Assembly: GCA_003971905.1 (NCBI GenBank)
Contig: RSEE01000009.1
Coordinates: 372,001 to 436,000, forward strand
From: Moniliella sp. 'wahieum'
Taxonomy: Eukaryota
Direction: 5' to 3'
DNA length: 64,000 nucleotides
This document shows positions 13,382 to 25,819 of this stretch, one piece after another. Positions within the stretch are counted from its first letter, which is position 1. The number at the start of each line of letters is the position of its first letter. The notes under the pieces are model-generated. The model had not been told where the DNA came from and did no database searches. It saw only the letters and a list, made by a program, of their open reading frames with translations. Made by a program: the position numbers and the translations under genes.

Positions 13382-15133
13382 ATGGTGAAGCTTCCTTGGT
13401 CCAACCCTCCCTCCGACGCTGGCGTGGTGTCTAATACGCCAACGGCTCCGCAGCCCGATTCAGACGAAAATTGGCCACCACGTCGCCCGATGTTGCCTCG
13501 CTTGCGGGCACCGGGGAGGCCATTGAGCCCGATCGTGCGCTAAGCCGTCTCAAGCCAGACGGCACTTACCGCGTCACTTTTTACCGTTCGGTCTTTTGGA
13601 ACATTACCGTTCTTGGCATTTGCTCTTTTTTGGCCCCAGGTCTCTGGGGCGGTCTCTCCCTCCTCGGTGCCGGGGAGGAATGGACATTAGTACAGTCAAT
13701 GCATCCAACTCCATCACGTACGTTCTCTCCTCCTCTTGTAAAGTGTGATGCCCCCCCCCCCACCTGTGAAACTGACCAACCTCAATGCTTGATGGGCCTA
13801 ATAGGTTTTGTTTGATGGTCGTCACCTGTTTCCTGCAGCCCGCGCTGGTCAAGATCACGAACATCAAGTTTGCTCTCATCTTTGGTACATGCGGGTACGC
13901 TCCGTATGCGGCCGGTCTCTACGTTCTTTCCAAATATAACAAGAACTGGCTCGTGCTCCTTGGTGCCGCCCTCTGTGGTATTACGGCAGGTACGTTTTGG
14001 GCAACCGAGGGGGCATTGGTGATGGGCTACCCGGAACGGAAGAAGCAAGGCCGGTACTTATCGTATTGGCTGTGCTACCGCGTAGCGGGCCAAGTACTCG
14101 CTGGGCTCATCTCACTGGGCCTGAACCACAACTCCCAATCGTCTGGTGGCGGTGCCATCTCCTTCACCACATACAAGGTCTTCATTGCCTTGCAGGCAGC
14201 AGGACCCTTGGCGGGATGCCTTCTCTCCATGCCAAAGAAAGTGCAGCGCAAAGATGGGACCCCCGTCGAGCTCACTACGACGCAGCATCCTTTGGTAGAG
14301 AGAAATTGATGGTCAAGACGCTGCTTCAGCCCAAGGTCCTCCTTCTCTTGCCCATGATTTGGACGTCAACCTTTTCCGAGTCGTTATGCGGCACGTTCAA
14401 TGCCACCTACTTACCGTGCGTAGCCGTGCGCTTGCATCCCTCATGGGGGCGATTGTATCCATGATTTCAAACCTGCTGCTGGGTGTTTGCTCGATTACAG
14501 CAAGTGGACAATCAACCGCCGCGCCAAAGCTGGCTTTGCCTTGGTGTATGGGTGCGCCATGGGATACTGGATCTACGCCATTGTTGTCATGAACCAGTTC
14601 CACAAGAACCATGCACCGCACTACGATTGGGTTGATGGCAGCTCGACTGGGGCAAAGGGTTCGGTGTCTACCTCATGTTGGAAATCCTCTTTTCAACCAT
14701 GTATGAGTATGTTTTCCCCTCTTCACGTTGTGCCTGAAACAACCGAAATACTGACCCAGCGACAGTGAACTATTGGATTGCCTCAGGCTTGTCGGACAAC
14801 CCAGCTGATCTGATCCGGCTCACTGCCATCATTCGCGGTGTCGAGTCTGCAGGGCAGGCTGTATCGTACGGGCTCAACTCGACGGGTTTCCGACTCGATG
14901 GTGTGGCAGGGCTCAACATGGCCTTGTTGGGAGCCAGTTTACCGTTTTGCTATGCGGTGGTACACAAGCTTGGCGTCAAGCCGTCAGGGGAGAAGATTCA
15001 CGAGTTTGCCATGTACGCTTCGGACAAACAGAGGGAAGAACTCATTGCCCGCGGGGTGCCACAAGCCGCAGCAGACGAGAAGGGCGACCAGGTTACCAAG
15101 GAAGCGGTTTGGGCAGACGAGCCGCACTTGTAG
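13382..15133 (+). CDS. UNC-93-like / DUF895 MFS-type membrane protein; introns near 13718-13785 and 14701-14765; frameshifted
   Basis: YRSVFWNITVLGICSFLAPGLWGGLSLLGAG, FGTCGYAPYAAGLY, AGTFWATEGALVMGYPERKKQGRYLSYW and NYWIASGLSD...IRGVESAGQAVSYGL match fungal UNC-93-like proteins. Multiple TM segments. Confidence 0.85.
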
Positions 15134-15738
15134 TCGCCTGAGGCGATCTGAGGACACGACCCCTTCACCGAGTTTATACCCCTTCCCCCACGGGCGTATT
15201 CCAACTCTCTCTCTGCAACGAGATTCCACCAAGATTGACCTTTCTTTTGGACGCATCACTGCAACGTTTAATCCTGCATTACGTTTATCTCACGCGATTT
15301 CTGCTTCCGGTCCAGTGAAGCCAACCGACCTGGTGTGATGATGTGTACAACTTGCGGCAGGATTGCCCATCTCAAAATGTATTTGAGAGCGTATTACGAA
15401 CATCTTTTGGTGGGATCAAGACAGTTAATCTCAAGTCCATGTTAGTACATCTCTTCCTTGGCTTCATCAGTGCTGCCCACGTCACCCAAGATTGTTTCTT
15501 CTCCGTGTTAAAACGTAGGGCTAATAGGCGGCTTGAGCCCTACAGAATGTCCATCCCCAGTAGATCGACCCGTCGACATTCAGTCGGTGTCGGGCGGCAG
15601 CTCCGCAAATCTCCTTACATTGCTGTATCTGGCAGCACTATAGCCTTTCGCATGGAGAGTGTGGTTCGAACTGCTGTCCAGAAAAGGCGAGTAGAGCGGT
15701 GGTAGTCAATGGCATGTAATGGCGTGCAAACTCAACCA

Positions 15739-16580
15739 CTACTGTTCCCGCCACGGGTAAGTAAACGGGGGGCTGTCTTTACGCCGCCACAGTAGCTTCT
15801 TTTTACCATCGCGGCTCTCGGTCCAGACCTGGACCGCATGGGCCGCCTTAAAGGTACGAATGAAGCGTGGGTCCCACAGTTCTGACGCAATGCCCAAGTC
15901 TTTGCAACAGCGCATCAGCGCGTTCGACTTGGCTCCCTCTGCCGCGGTAGGAATCCCATCCGGGTCAAAGTAATTCTGTTCCCCACGGGCCACAGCAACC
16001 AGACGCCCGAGGCAGAGCATTGCCCATTCCCGACTTACCACCTTGGCCGACACCACGCTCTGACCGCGCGGGGCCAAGCCCCAGCCACCCGGACCGAAAG
16101 CGCGGTTGAGGATGCGGCGGTACTTGATCTCCGGTAGGTACAGCAGGCCGTCTGGATGACATAGCACGCAGTTCCACCACCAGCAAAGGGTTAGCTTTCG
16201 GCAAGGCAGAGCGAGTAGGGCAGACATGGCGGGTAACGTACCGGGCGTGATCTCGACATCCTTAGAATCGAGTGGCGCCATCAGCACATCGGCCGTTTCG
16301 CGCGGAAAGGGTTGCTGAGACATGCCGGAAAAGTCATTGGCAACCCACTCAGGCCCTTGGGCGTGGGACACAGGTGGCTGGGTACCCGAAGGCCTGCCTG
16401 ACTGGCGGTGGTGACGGCGGCGGATTTGGCTGCTGCTGGGGAGGATGCAGCAGGGGCTGTGGAGGAGGGGAAAGAGTAGGCGGCCAGCATCCGACCCGAC
16501 CCGTGGGCCAAACGGATGTGCATGTGGACCGGCAAGCGGCTGGGCGACGCAACCGCCTGGCGAAGTAGATGTGACGCCAT
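15739..16580 (-). CDS. MGM101: Mitochondrial genome maintenance protein Mgm101 (Rad52-like); intron 16152-16241; one frameshift near 16370
   Basis: DVEITP|DGLLYLPEIKYRRILNRAFGPGGWGLAPRG and AEGAKSNALMRCCKDLGIASELWDPRFIRTFK. The N-terminal presequence MASHLLRQAVASPSRL starts at ATG 16580. Confidence 0.95.
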
Positions 16581-18036
16581 TCTGTGCAGGACAGATGGAG
16601 GAAGGGAGATACGGTCATCGATTTTAACGACACCGCGTCGCTGTCCCCCCGCAGGGGCGGAAAGGGCGACTGACGTAAGCTGTCCTTCCCGTGTCAGATT
16701 TATAGTCGTCAACTAGGGTTGGCCCTTCGGAAGCAGCACTCAAAAGATGACGAGTGCATACGGCCAACTCGTGCTGCAGGCACTAAGTACTAACTTCCCT
16801 CCAAAAATGAGGTGGACTCAACTCAATGGTGGCAACAGTACAGAACTCGGCCGGGCAGAGGTGATCGAACAGATAGTCGAGCTGGAGGGCCTCCCCCGGC
16901 TGGGGCAAACAGTGTGTGGTAGCGCTTTTATAATGACGCAGCTTTGCTGACTGCGGCGCGTTTTGCTATATTTGGCGACCGGGATGCTGCTGGTGAGCCG
17001 TGTCTGCTCGGGCTGAGAATCGGTGGAAATAATATCGTGTTTCGGGAACGGATAAGCTATGGGGAGGTGTTAGTGGCGCCACTACTGCCTGCATGATGCA
17101 TGACATATGGCAAAAACGTTACCCATAGAGCTGAGTGGCTGGCTGAGCGCTGCCCTAAGACGCTCAGGCTGAGCAGGCCGCGAGCCGTTGTAGTAGTAAG
17201 GCAATTTACCCCATCCCATTTCTACCTTGGCTTTTGGCTTGTGGATAGTTCGAATGCGTTCAATGAAAACGCAATGAGTTGAATAGACTGAGTATCCTGA
17301 GATCTGGGAATTGGCTCCAGACACTTGGCGCCCAGGCGCACTTACGCTTGACTCAGTGATAGGAGGGGAGCCAGAGCGCCTGAACTGAGCGTAGTGAACG
17401 CAGCGCTCAGAATCGAGAATCAGTTCTGTCCGAGTATACCAAGGATCGATATCGATTCAGAGGCAGTAGGCAGTCGCCAGACCCCACACAAACAAGTGGA
17501 TGGCTGCGCTCTGATCTCAGATCTTACTGTAGCGTGTGACTAGGGTGACTCAGGGTCACTGGTCACTGGTCACTCTAGTCACCAGCTCAATAGGAAGTAC
17601 AGGAGGCTGTAGGGCGATACCGCTTGAAAGGGGAAAGAAGGGCCTCCGGATAGCAATATAGGGGGTTGGCACACACACATCATTGACGCAGAGCTATACA
17701 GCACTATGTGGAGAACTGATGCGCTGTCTGTACGCAGGGAGGGATTCAGGACCCTCTCTTGGTGCGCCTGCTCTCAGCCAATTGGTGTGGGGGTTTCCGA
17801 GACACATCGTCATCCGCGTCATCGGACCAATTTGCGGGGGTGCAACAGCCCACTATATACATAACCGATACCCCTCTCACTCACCTATCAAGCGAAGTGT
17901 TGTTTGATTGCACCCCGCCATTCGACTATTCAGCCAGTCAACTATTCGGCCATTTAGCCATTCAGCCAGCAATCCCTTCTTTTATCCAACCATCATCCAT
18001 CCCACCTTCATCTCCACACACAGCAGCATATCAGCA

Positions 18037-18609
18037 ATGGTTCTCCACTCACAATGCTTTCGTCCCCTACCTTCCAGAGCATCGTCCGCGCTCCCAAGCC
18101 CGGCCAGTCAATACCCCTTTTTCGTCATGCGGCCCGGTAAGCTAGAGAAGGCACGTCGCAGTTCAGCTGCCTATCGCCACCGCGCGTTGCCTACAGCCAT
18201 CTGGCGCAAGAAGCGCTTCCCCAAGCGCAACCTTCGTCCTCTCATGCCTCCTGCGTTAAGTGCAAAACACCTCAGCGACTTTCCATTTCCAAGTAGGTTC
18301 CTAGGCTTCTATTTCAAGCTGTGGTCGGTCGATCGAGGGGACCGCACCGGCGGATGCGGATCGTCTCGTTGGTGGGATATGCTAACGAGAATCTGCCTTG
18401 TCTCGCGATGGGTTTTCACATCCAAACGAGTAGTTTCTCACTGTGTTGATGTCCCTCTTGCCTCCAAAAACGCCTGCCCCCGGGAAGCCATTGCTGATGG
18501 AATGCTCGCGCCCACTTGGCACGCCCTCCAACCGGGTCAAGTGCCGATGAAGAGAGGAAAGTTGGAGAAGGCTCGCCGTAATCGCCGCACTCCTGCATCG
18601 TCCATCTAA
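18037..18609 (+). CDS. Small basic hypothetical protein with duplicated GKLEKARR motif; probable intron ~18293-18408
   Basis: TATA-like element ~17854 and ATG 18037. The GTAGGT...GCTAAC intron signals have an imperfect acceptor. The repeated peptide is encoded by synonymously diverged codons. Confidence 0.45.
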   Translation: MVLHSQCFRPLPSRASSALPSPASQYPFFVMRPGKLEKARRSSAAYRHRALPTAIWRKKRFPKRNLRPLMPPALSAKHLSDFPFPSRFLGFYFKLWSVDRGDRTGGCGSSRWWDMLTRICLVSRWVFTSKRVVSHCVDVPLASKNACPREAIADGMLAPTWHALQPGQVPMKRGKLEKARRNRRTPASSI

Positions 18610-19457
18610 TTTCTCTCTCTTTCTCTCTTTCGACCGCACGACTCTCATATGACCAGATAACCACACAACCGCGTGACTCGGTGCCCTTTGGCTTTGGCGT
18701 CGATTCGCTTTCTCATCCAGGATCTGGATCTTTGTTTTGTATAAGAAATTGCGCTGTTACATGTTATTTTGTTTGGGGGGGATGGCTGGCGATGAGGGCA
18801 TGAGGACGTTGAGGACGCTGAGGACGTTGAGGACAGCGGGCGTAGTAACGTCGCGCCACATAATGGCGCTAGTCTTTCAATGGCGGCAGACTTGGTCGGC
18901 AGAGGCCCAAAATTGAAATTGTTCGTATAAGGGGGACAGATTGGCAACGTGGCGGCGTCGATTTCCTAATTACAAACGCCCCCTAAGTCGTAGCGGCCAA
19001 TGGAAAGGCTTAGCTAGTTGTTGATTCGACCTGGGTGAGGGGCGGGGGGAGGCTCACTACGCTCACTTCGCTTGAAGAGACCGACCAATCGAAGCGTCGA
19101 CCGTATCAGCCCCTTCCAAAGGCTTGATGAGTATGGACGCCAAATACACATCTTTCGAGGGCCTGAGTTCGCCTAGTATAGAAAAGGCACATAGAGGAGA
19201 AGTCTGGGGCTGATGCGGCCGCAAACTGCAGCGTTCAACACGTTCAACACAAGAAACCAACAAGAAACGTGGGGTGACGTGCACGTGGACCTGAAGGTGT
19301 TGGGCGTTGGTAATGAAACCCACGTCTGTCGATAGCGGCTGCTGCCACCTCTATAACTCCAAACATGCGGGACTAAACGATGCAAACCCGAAAGGCTATA
19401 CATAGTGAACGATTAACAAGAGACGAGACTAAGTGGTCTCACAGAAGCAAGCATGAC

Positions 19458-20115
19458 TTAGAAGCCACCGTTGCCACCGTAGCCGCCTGGTTGCCCGAGC
19501 CGTACGAGTCGCCGCCCGAGTTGCCGCCGAAGCCGGGAGGCGTGGCCGACGAGTCAACCGCCCGAGTTGCCGCCAAAGCCGCCACCCGACTGGTTGCCCG
19601 AGCCGAACGAGTCACCGCCCTGATTGCCCGAGCCGTAGGAGTCACCGCCCGAGTTGCCGCCAAAGCCGCCGCCGGACTGGTTGCCCGAGCCGTACGAGTC
19701 ACCGCCCGAGTTGCCGCCAAAGCCGCCGCCGGACTGGTTGCCGAGCCGTAGAGTCGCCGCCCGAGTGCCGCCGAAGCACCGACTGACTGTCGTTGGAGCC
19801 GTACGAGTCCGAGCCGGAGTTGCCGCCAAAGCCGCCACCCGACTGGTTGCCCGAGCCGAACGAGTCACCGCCCTGGTTGCCCGAACCGTACGAGTCAGAG
19901 CCCGAGTTGCCGCCAAAGCCGCCAGATTGGTTGTTGTTGCCACCACCAAGCTGCTGTTCAGTTGTTTTCGGCGAATTGCTTAGCCTAGAGAGAAAAGAGA
20001 AGAGGAAATGGTTAGGCAAACCGATGGGAGGCAGGGCAGGGAAGAAATGAATGCGGATGGAAAGGAAGGTAAAGGACACGGAGAGGTAGTAACGTACAGA
20101 GTCGAAAAGGCCCAT
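19458..20115 (-). CDS. Gly/Ser/Asn-rich tandem-repeat (hydrophilin-like) protein; intron 19985-20097; frameshifted
   Basis: MGLFDS|AKQFAE...QQLGGGNNNQSGGFGGNSGSDSYGSGN. 57-nt repeats encode GGDSYGSGNQSGGGFGGNS and the protein ends GGYGGNGGF*. TATATAA on the minus strand at ~20205-20211. Confidence 0.75.
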
Positions 20116-20699
20116 GATAGTTGTGTTGGTTCAAGAGGAAGTGAGGGGTGGAGAGGGGTTGGTTGGAGGTGATGAGAGTGGGGCGGTCGGTGCGGAAGAG
20201 GGGGTTATATATGCTTCCCCAGTTCGGTAGCTGGTCCCTGGGCCACCTGAAAGCGTACATTGCATGCACCCCAAGCTTCCAGCTTTCAACGGGGATTGGA
20301 GCAGGCTGTGCATCAGGGGAAGCAAGCATGCTCAGCGCTGCACAGGCCCAGTGTGTTGAGACTGTTGAAGTGCTTTGTGTCTTCTGACGCCATCGCCCGG
20401 GCGCACGGACGTCTGCATGGAGAACGAAGATGCGGTGAGGCGGGGGGATAGGATGGGTAGTGGAATGGCGACGGGATTGTGCATGTGATGCATGATGATC
20501 AATGAGATTCCGAGAGGCATCGTTGGGATGCCGGCTGGTGCCGTTCTGGGAAGACAAAGAAGGGGGAAGTAGACACGTAGTTGGATATCTGAGACCGTTG
20601 AGATCTGAGAGCTGCGATGCGATGCGTGCAGGCAGGCCACCGCGGAGCGCCCCAGGCGTGAGGGCAGTGAGTGCGTGAGCGATGAGCGAGTATCCGTTA

Positions 20700-22160
20700 C
20701 TGCCACTGTGACATGTGACTAGTCTGTATACTCTGTTGTCAGAGTAGCAGAAATGGCCGTGCCACCGCAGCCACAGCACGCACAGCAGCAGTTGGATGGT
20801 GCCGCCATGCGTGTTGGCTGTTCCCTTGGCTCGACATGGGCTCCAGCGGGTGGCGGGGACAAGGGCGCTGTGCGGATCGAACTCTGAGGCCTGAGCTCGT
20901 ACTCGGTTGTGTTTGGGGCGGCGTGGTAGGAACGGCGTGCGAGTGCACAGTCGTGGATCGCAGGCGATGGGACTGAGTGTGCTGAGTTCTGAAGGTACTG
21001 CGTAACTAGTAACTAGAACTGGGCTTGAGGACTGAGGCACTGAGGTACCGTGAGCAACGCGGTAACGAAGCGCCCAAAGGCAGATTGCACATCTCAGACC
21101 AGAGATGCATGACCGGTGACCAGAGATGCATTTGATGAATGGAGATCTGAGATTCTGAGATGTGAGATGGAGAGGCGAGACGTGCGCAACGAGGACAGCG
21201 CACCCATGCCTCTGACCAGAGCACAAATTGCGCACGGACGCCGAGTCTCGGCCGACCGCACAGGTCCCCTCGTCTGTCCCGTCTCCCAACAGCACAACGA
21301 CGCGTGACGTAGCGAGGAGACGAGGCGTGTCGTATGTGGACGCTCGAGAGTGCCATCCCACACTGCCTGCCACTCGTGCTCTCCTGCTCTGCGCCCGCAC
21401 AGGGGGGCAGCCGAGGCAGCTAGTGTTGCATGATGCGGTGACGCAAGGGATATGAGGTGACCGGTGACTGGTGGGCAGCAAGTCACTACCCACTAATAGC
21501 CACTAGCATTAGCACTGCCTCACAGCATGGCGTAGTGCATAGCCTCGCATCATGCATAGCGTGCTATCGCCGGCAGGTACGCCAGCCGAGCGCGAAGCAC
21601 CGCCTCAAACTCCACAGTATGTTAGCCTCATCACCGCCTCGCCCACCACTCCCCCTGTCCCGGTTCCATGCAGCCAACGCAGCCGTGGGCCCGTGCACCT
21701 GCTACTCCTGTACCTGCATGTGGCCCGTGCACCGCCAGCTCTGCGATCTGCCAGGTGGCATTAATGCGTGGTCTTCGAGCTTCACCGGTCACTAGCTTCA
21801 CTCTCACTGGTCGCATCGTCACATGTCCCAAGTGGGATCGAGTGGGTGAGTGGAGGGTGATCCATGACCGGTGATGAATCCGGTTATCGGTTATCGATTG
21901 ATTGGGGGCGTCGATAATAAGTGAAAGGTAAAAAAGAAACGATATGCAGTTGAATCACCGGTGAGCACCCGCCTCCCTGGCACTAGCCCACCGGGGATAT
22001 CGGGGATGCTCGCCCCCAAGCTCTTACGCTCTGAATCTTTCAAGCTTCAGGCCCCTCAGAGAAGCCTCAGATCCACCGATTGCAGTCTCATGCGCCACGT
22101 CACGTCACGCGTCACGCGTTTTACTGCGTATGAATAGCGTAACGCGTAACGCGCACTGCG
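20700..22160. repeat. Dispersed heptamer palindrome arrays upstream of the Gly-rich gene
   Basis: TGTGACATGTGACTAGT 20707; GTAACTAGTAACTAG 21002; ATGCATGACCGGTGACC 21105; GGTGACCGGTGACT 21456; CGTCACGCGTCACGCGT 22103; CGTAACGCGTAACGCG 22138. Confidence 0.85.
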
Positions 22161-23478
22161 TCATAATAAAACTCGCTAATATTATCCACCCTGTGTGCGA
22201 AAATGATGAAGACGCACAACGAAGATGAAGCTCGAAAACAGATGAAGTCGATGAAGAGGAGGCAAGAAAGGGCGGGTCTAGCTAGCCCGGATCCCGTGCC
22301 TAACGGTGGACTAGTATAATAGGAGTAGAGTAGAAGGGAGGTTGGGAGTAGGGCGGGAGTAGGTCATTATAGATTTTTGGGAGAAGTGAGAGATTCTTTC
22401 GAGACTTAATACTTCAAGACTGGACTACGGCCAAGGCAATTGGTAAGTCACCAGCCTGCAATAATGGGGCAGAACATAAGGAGTACGTTCGGAGGGATCG
22501 GCGGGTGTGGACAAGGAGGCAGGCAGTCACGAGAAAGCGCTCTCTGAAGATTGACTGCGGCTACTATGCGTCACACGCCGGAGAATAGCTATGTGTAGGA
22601 CCGAAAGAACTTGTGTGGCGAACCTCTGGAGATGTAGCAATGCAATCACAATGATGGTGGTGATCGTTCAGCTCAGCTCTAAGCCTTCTGCCACACCTGG
22701 AAAGGACAGGGGTTCAAACAAGCCCGAGAGGATATTCACGTGGGGGCTTCGGAGGTCAAATCCGGGGGAAAGGATGATAAAATGCCTTGATGGCCTGTGT
22801 ACGGGACCGCGGGTCCCAACATTACGAACTTCCAAATTAGCTCAAGGAGCGTGTCCGACACGACCTGTACGTTGTGCACGCAGTGAAGAGAAGGAAACAG
22901 ACAGAAAAAGAACCTCTTGTAAAAAAGCTCCTGATGCGGCCTGACGCTAGTCCAATCTTGAGTGCAACAGGGAGAGACGGAAAGTGTGGAAAATGAGGCG
23001 CGATACACCAAGTGAAACGGGGTGGCCTCCGGGAAATGAATATCTTGCCTGGCGGAGGCCGAAAGGGAGGCAGCCCTTTAGTTCGTCGGGCAAGGGGACC
23101 ACAGACGTAGGCCTGAAGCGCAAGCTTCGGACTAAAGAGTCGTCGTCCCTGTTCCTTATGTAGTTGATATAATAGAGGTATCATATATCATCCCCGAGCT
23201 GAGTCCTAGCGAGGCTGGTATTGAGGGAGGATGTAGAACAAAACGATTGGTCGCTGGCCTCCAATGCATTCTTAGTCCAGAGCGGCTTTATGGGGGTTGA
23301 TCGTGGGCACTGACCTGAGGAGATGACCGCACTAGTAGTCATGGCGGTTGCTCTCTGTGTGGCGCACTGACTACCTGTCAGTATCGGTTGCCTTAGAACT
23401 AATAAATCCTGTTGGCGTGCAACTTGGGCGCCGGATATGTGGGTAGGGGGATCGAACCCTGCGCACTGGCGCCCAGTT

Positions 23479-23519
23479 GGTTTCGCTACGTCCTGGTTTC
23501 GCTACGTCCTGGTCTCGCT
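23479..23519. repeat. 16-bp tandem direct repeat GGTTTCGCTACGTCCT x2.5
   Basis: Read directly at 23479-23494 and 23495-23510, with a partial copy at 23511-23519. Confidence 0.9.
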
Positions 23520-24217
23520 TTTGTCCACTGGCTGCCGGCGCCATGCTGCTTGTGTCAACATGCCAACCAACGTTCCACGTCAAGTATATCTATTAGTTTG
23601 CCAGGATATCAGGTGATATGCATGATGTAACCGACACATTTGGGTTAGGTTGGCCCGTTACCGGTTGCCCCACATCAGATACGTTGGGTATCAGGTACCC
23701 GGCACTCGGTAAGCAACCTGCTTGCATATAGGGGCATGCCCGCGACTAGAAACATCGGCAAGGCTACCGTCCCACAGCGAAAACAGTGACGCCTGAGGCG
23801 TGAGGCTTCGTTCAAGCTTCATCCTCATTGATCGTGCAACGACAGAGACGTATCAAAGGAAACTTTGAGCGGAGTACATGTTTCTTTTGGAGATAGATCG
23901 CCCGAGGAAGAGGTACAAAGAAAGATGCAGGCAACCAACACCCTCCGCTCGAAAGAGAAAAACAAAAATCATGGATGACCCCATTGTGATCGACGTGCTG
24001 GATCCAACAGCCAACGTTCCTTGACGAAGAGGCGGGAGAGGATACAAAGCACAGGCGGGGTGTCCTTGACTAGTGACGAGTGACGCGTGTTGCACAACGG
24101 TGGAGAGAACAAGGATTGAGGCTTCAGCTAAGGCACTGAGGGGGAAAAGAAATGGGGGAGGGGGGGGCGTAGAGGGTAAATGTTGGGCCCCCCATTAAAG
24201 GTGATGTGTGAGGTATT

Positions 24218-25624
24218 TTAAAGAAGGATGGCCATCGCTATCACCATGAGGAGGGTGATGGGCCCCAAGAGGATTGGGCCAGGCGATTTGCTGGGCTAAG
24301 GTGAACGACTTGCCCTTGACAGAGGAGAAGGAGTCTCCGGCAAACAGCTAAGCAAACGTCAGCAACCCCAAATCTCAATCGCCAATTCGCTATGCAGGGA
24401 AAAGAAGAAAAAACTGTGTCAAGGGGACGTACCGCGATATCTTTAAAGTAAGTTTGGGTGGCAGGTGTGGCCCATGAAGACGAAGCACCACCAAAGAATG
24501 AAGTAAAACATGATCTTGTCTACCCACGTCTGACCGTTGTTATCCCACATGTCACGGCGTGCGTGGGAGGCGATATTGTTCGGTGAGGAGGCCGAGCCGG
24601 CATTGATGGTGGCAGTGCGGAAGACGACACCACTGAGCGAAACAGCGGGACGTAGAAGCTCCATTGACATTACAATTCAATTACACCATTGGCAACGTTG
24701 GGCTCATTGACCTGAACGTAGAGCGCCAAGTTGGTCCAGCTGCCTTTGCTGAACTGAAGGAGCCACGTCCGAGCGAGACGCCATAGTCGGAATTGCAAAT
24801 GATGCTGGTACCCTTGGGCGTTGCCTTCTTGGCTGGGCAAAGTTTGTACCCTCCCCCCAACTTTTGGGGGATGTAGGCATAGATCTCGCCTTGGCGCCTG
24901 CGCCACATCACCCGAGCCGACCAGCAGGAGGTGCCGGTCCCGTCGAGCGACCCACCTTCACGCCGGAGGTAGAAGCATTGATCGGCACATTGCCTGATGC
25001 CCCGACGGAGGAGTACAGTCGGGCAGCTTACCTCCCTGGACAAAGTTAAAGTCTGAGGGGAAGTACATGAGTAGGTAAGCGCGAGTTGCGGACGGGACGG
25101 GTCGGACGCATTGGTCTGGCCAGCAGTGCGGGAAGCAACGACATAGGGCGTGCTGCTGGAGGAAGGTCCACCGTTACTGCCAAGGAAAGGCTGGGGGTAG
25201 AATGCAGTGCCGCCAGAAGGATTCGAATGAAGGCCATATGAATTGGCGCCATAGGTGACAGAGAGGACTTGGCTGTCGCTCCCGAGCTGGAGCTGGAGGC
25301 GGCAGGATCGGGTGTGAGAACGAGGTTTCCAGGGTTGGAAGAAGCGGCCATTGAACAGGTTGAGGCTGCTCCCTGGCCCAGCGCCGACTGGTTCGCGGCG
25401 CGTGGGCTCAGGCTCCGCCGGGAGGCAGGAGCGGAGGCGGCCAGGTCCCACGCCCAGCCATTGGGGCGATGCCACGCTGGGAGAGGGTGGATGCGGTGCC
25501 TGAGCCGGCGGTCTGAGAGGGTAGTGGTGGTGTTGGCAAATCCGGCCGCTGAACAGCAGCAGCAGGCGGGCTGCTGCGCCGAGGAGAGCAAGCGCAGCGG
25601 CAACAGGGGGGATGCGCAGCGCAT
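24218..25624 (-). CDS. Polysaccharide lyase family 14 protein with hydrophobic (GPI-signal-like) C-terminus; intron 24348-24432; frameshifted; start approximate
   Basis: VLSVTYGANSY, GGTAFY, F-P-S-D-F-N-F-V-Q-G-G-K-L-P (across a frameshift), RVMWRRR.GEIYAYIP, CNSDYGVSLGRGSF, WTNLALYVQVN...NGVIEL and MFTSFFGG...WATP...YFKD. The tail reads PILLGPITLLMVIAMAILL*. Confidence 0.85.
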
Positions 25625-25819
25625 TCGAAGGTGGTGGTGGTGGCGAGACGCATCCTGCGGGACAAGGATCGCCCACTGGCGCCGCGCCTCTGGCGCGCCG
25701 ATCGGCAGCGCTGCTGCTGCGCCCGCGGCGCCAGCCAGCAGGGTACCACCTGCTGCCAGCTATCCACCCGCCACAGCTCTTGCAATTTCACGAGCACGTC
25801 GAGCACGTGACCGCTTGCC

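Noticed and set aside
19480..19950. Regularly spaced repeats as a possible CRISPR array
   Set aside because: The units are contiguous, codon-phased and lack unique spacers. The context is eukaryotic and no cas genes are present.
20012..21493. 493-aa minus-strand ORF
   Set aside because: No domain motifs; it runs through TATA/UTR and heptamer arrays of the Gly-rich gene and is likely a GC-rich spurious ORF.
23446..23460. Complete tRNA gene on the minus strand
   Set aside because: Only a T-arm/B-box-like motif is present; no matching acceptor stem, D-arm or anticodon arm was found.
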